From Myxococcota bacterium (GTDB lineage Bacteria; Myxococcota_A; UBA9160; UBA4427): a stretch of DNA of 37,152 bases. Where the stretch lies: contig JAYZFK010000027.1 in NCBI GenBank assembly GCA_036336835.1, forward strand, positions 1 to 37,152. Direction: 5' to 3'. Each line of letters begins with the position of its first letter. Within the stretch, counting starts at the first letter, position 1. Under the pieces are notes generated by a model. The model worked only from the letters and a program-made list of their open reading frames with translations. It had not been told where the DNA came from and made no database searches. Positions 37,148-37,152 of this stretch are shown here, in pieces. A program made the position numbers and the translations under genes.

Positions 37148-37152
37148 CCCCG

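Noticed and set aside
37075..37152. Novel N-terminus on the last crotonase, or a terminal repeat/element at the window ends (also 1-90)
   Set aside because: G/C homopolymer-rich sequence that breaks protein similarity. Most likely low-quality contig or clone ends. The resemblance to a vector polylinker is too loose to call.
1..37152. CRISPR array, tRNA/rRNA, transposase, integrase, prophage or defence genes
   Set aside because: No regularly spaced repeats, cloverleaf/T-loop signatures or matching protein motifs were seen. Nearly all sequence is accounted for by the listed CDS.

Overview
High-GC bacterial chromosomal segment of about 38 tightly packed CDS. I found no rRNA, tRNA, CRISPR array or mobile element. 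Gene order suggests a Myxococcota/deltaproteobacterium-like organism (inference from synteny only). The core is housekeeping: lptC-lptA-lptB-rpoN-ptsN-hprK-rapZ-EIIA(Man)-HPr-metK, spoIID-like-yajC-secD-secF, ispD-ispF-cysS-uvrB-uvrC, comEC, tolC plus bactofilin, and ilvBN. Catabolic genes flank it: APH-like kinase, S9 peptidase, TauE, carotenoid oxygenase, two crotonases, threonine aldolase, SDR and haloalkane dehalogenase. The most notable signals are: (1) a near-consensus sigma-54 promoter, with a candidate enhancer and an overlapping perfect palindrome, in front of an unknown 130-aa helical protein and comEC; (2) a one-mismatch parS site; (3) LptA fused to an extra N-terminal domain, with an unknown small secreted protein heading the lpt operon; (4) several apparently leaderless genes with (extended) -10 boxes; (5) repeated clean absence of genes or domains normally present in these operons (hpf, HprK N-domain, ptsI, queA-tgt, cdnL/cysE, ilvC), plus two tiny scar-like ORFs; (6) an AT-rich island with a possible Ile/Leu/Val leader upstream of ilvB. 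Both window ends (about 80-90 nt) look like low-quality sequence. All calls come from motif recognition by eye; no searches were run.
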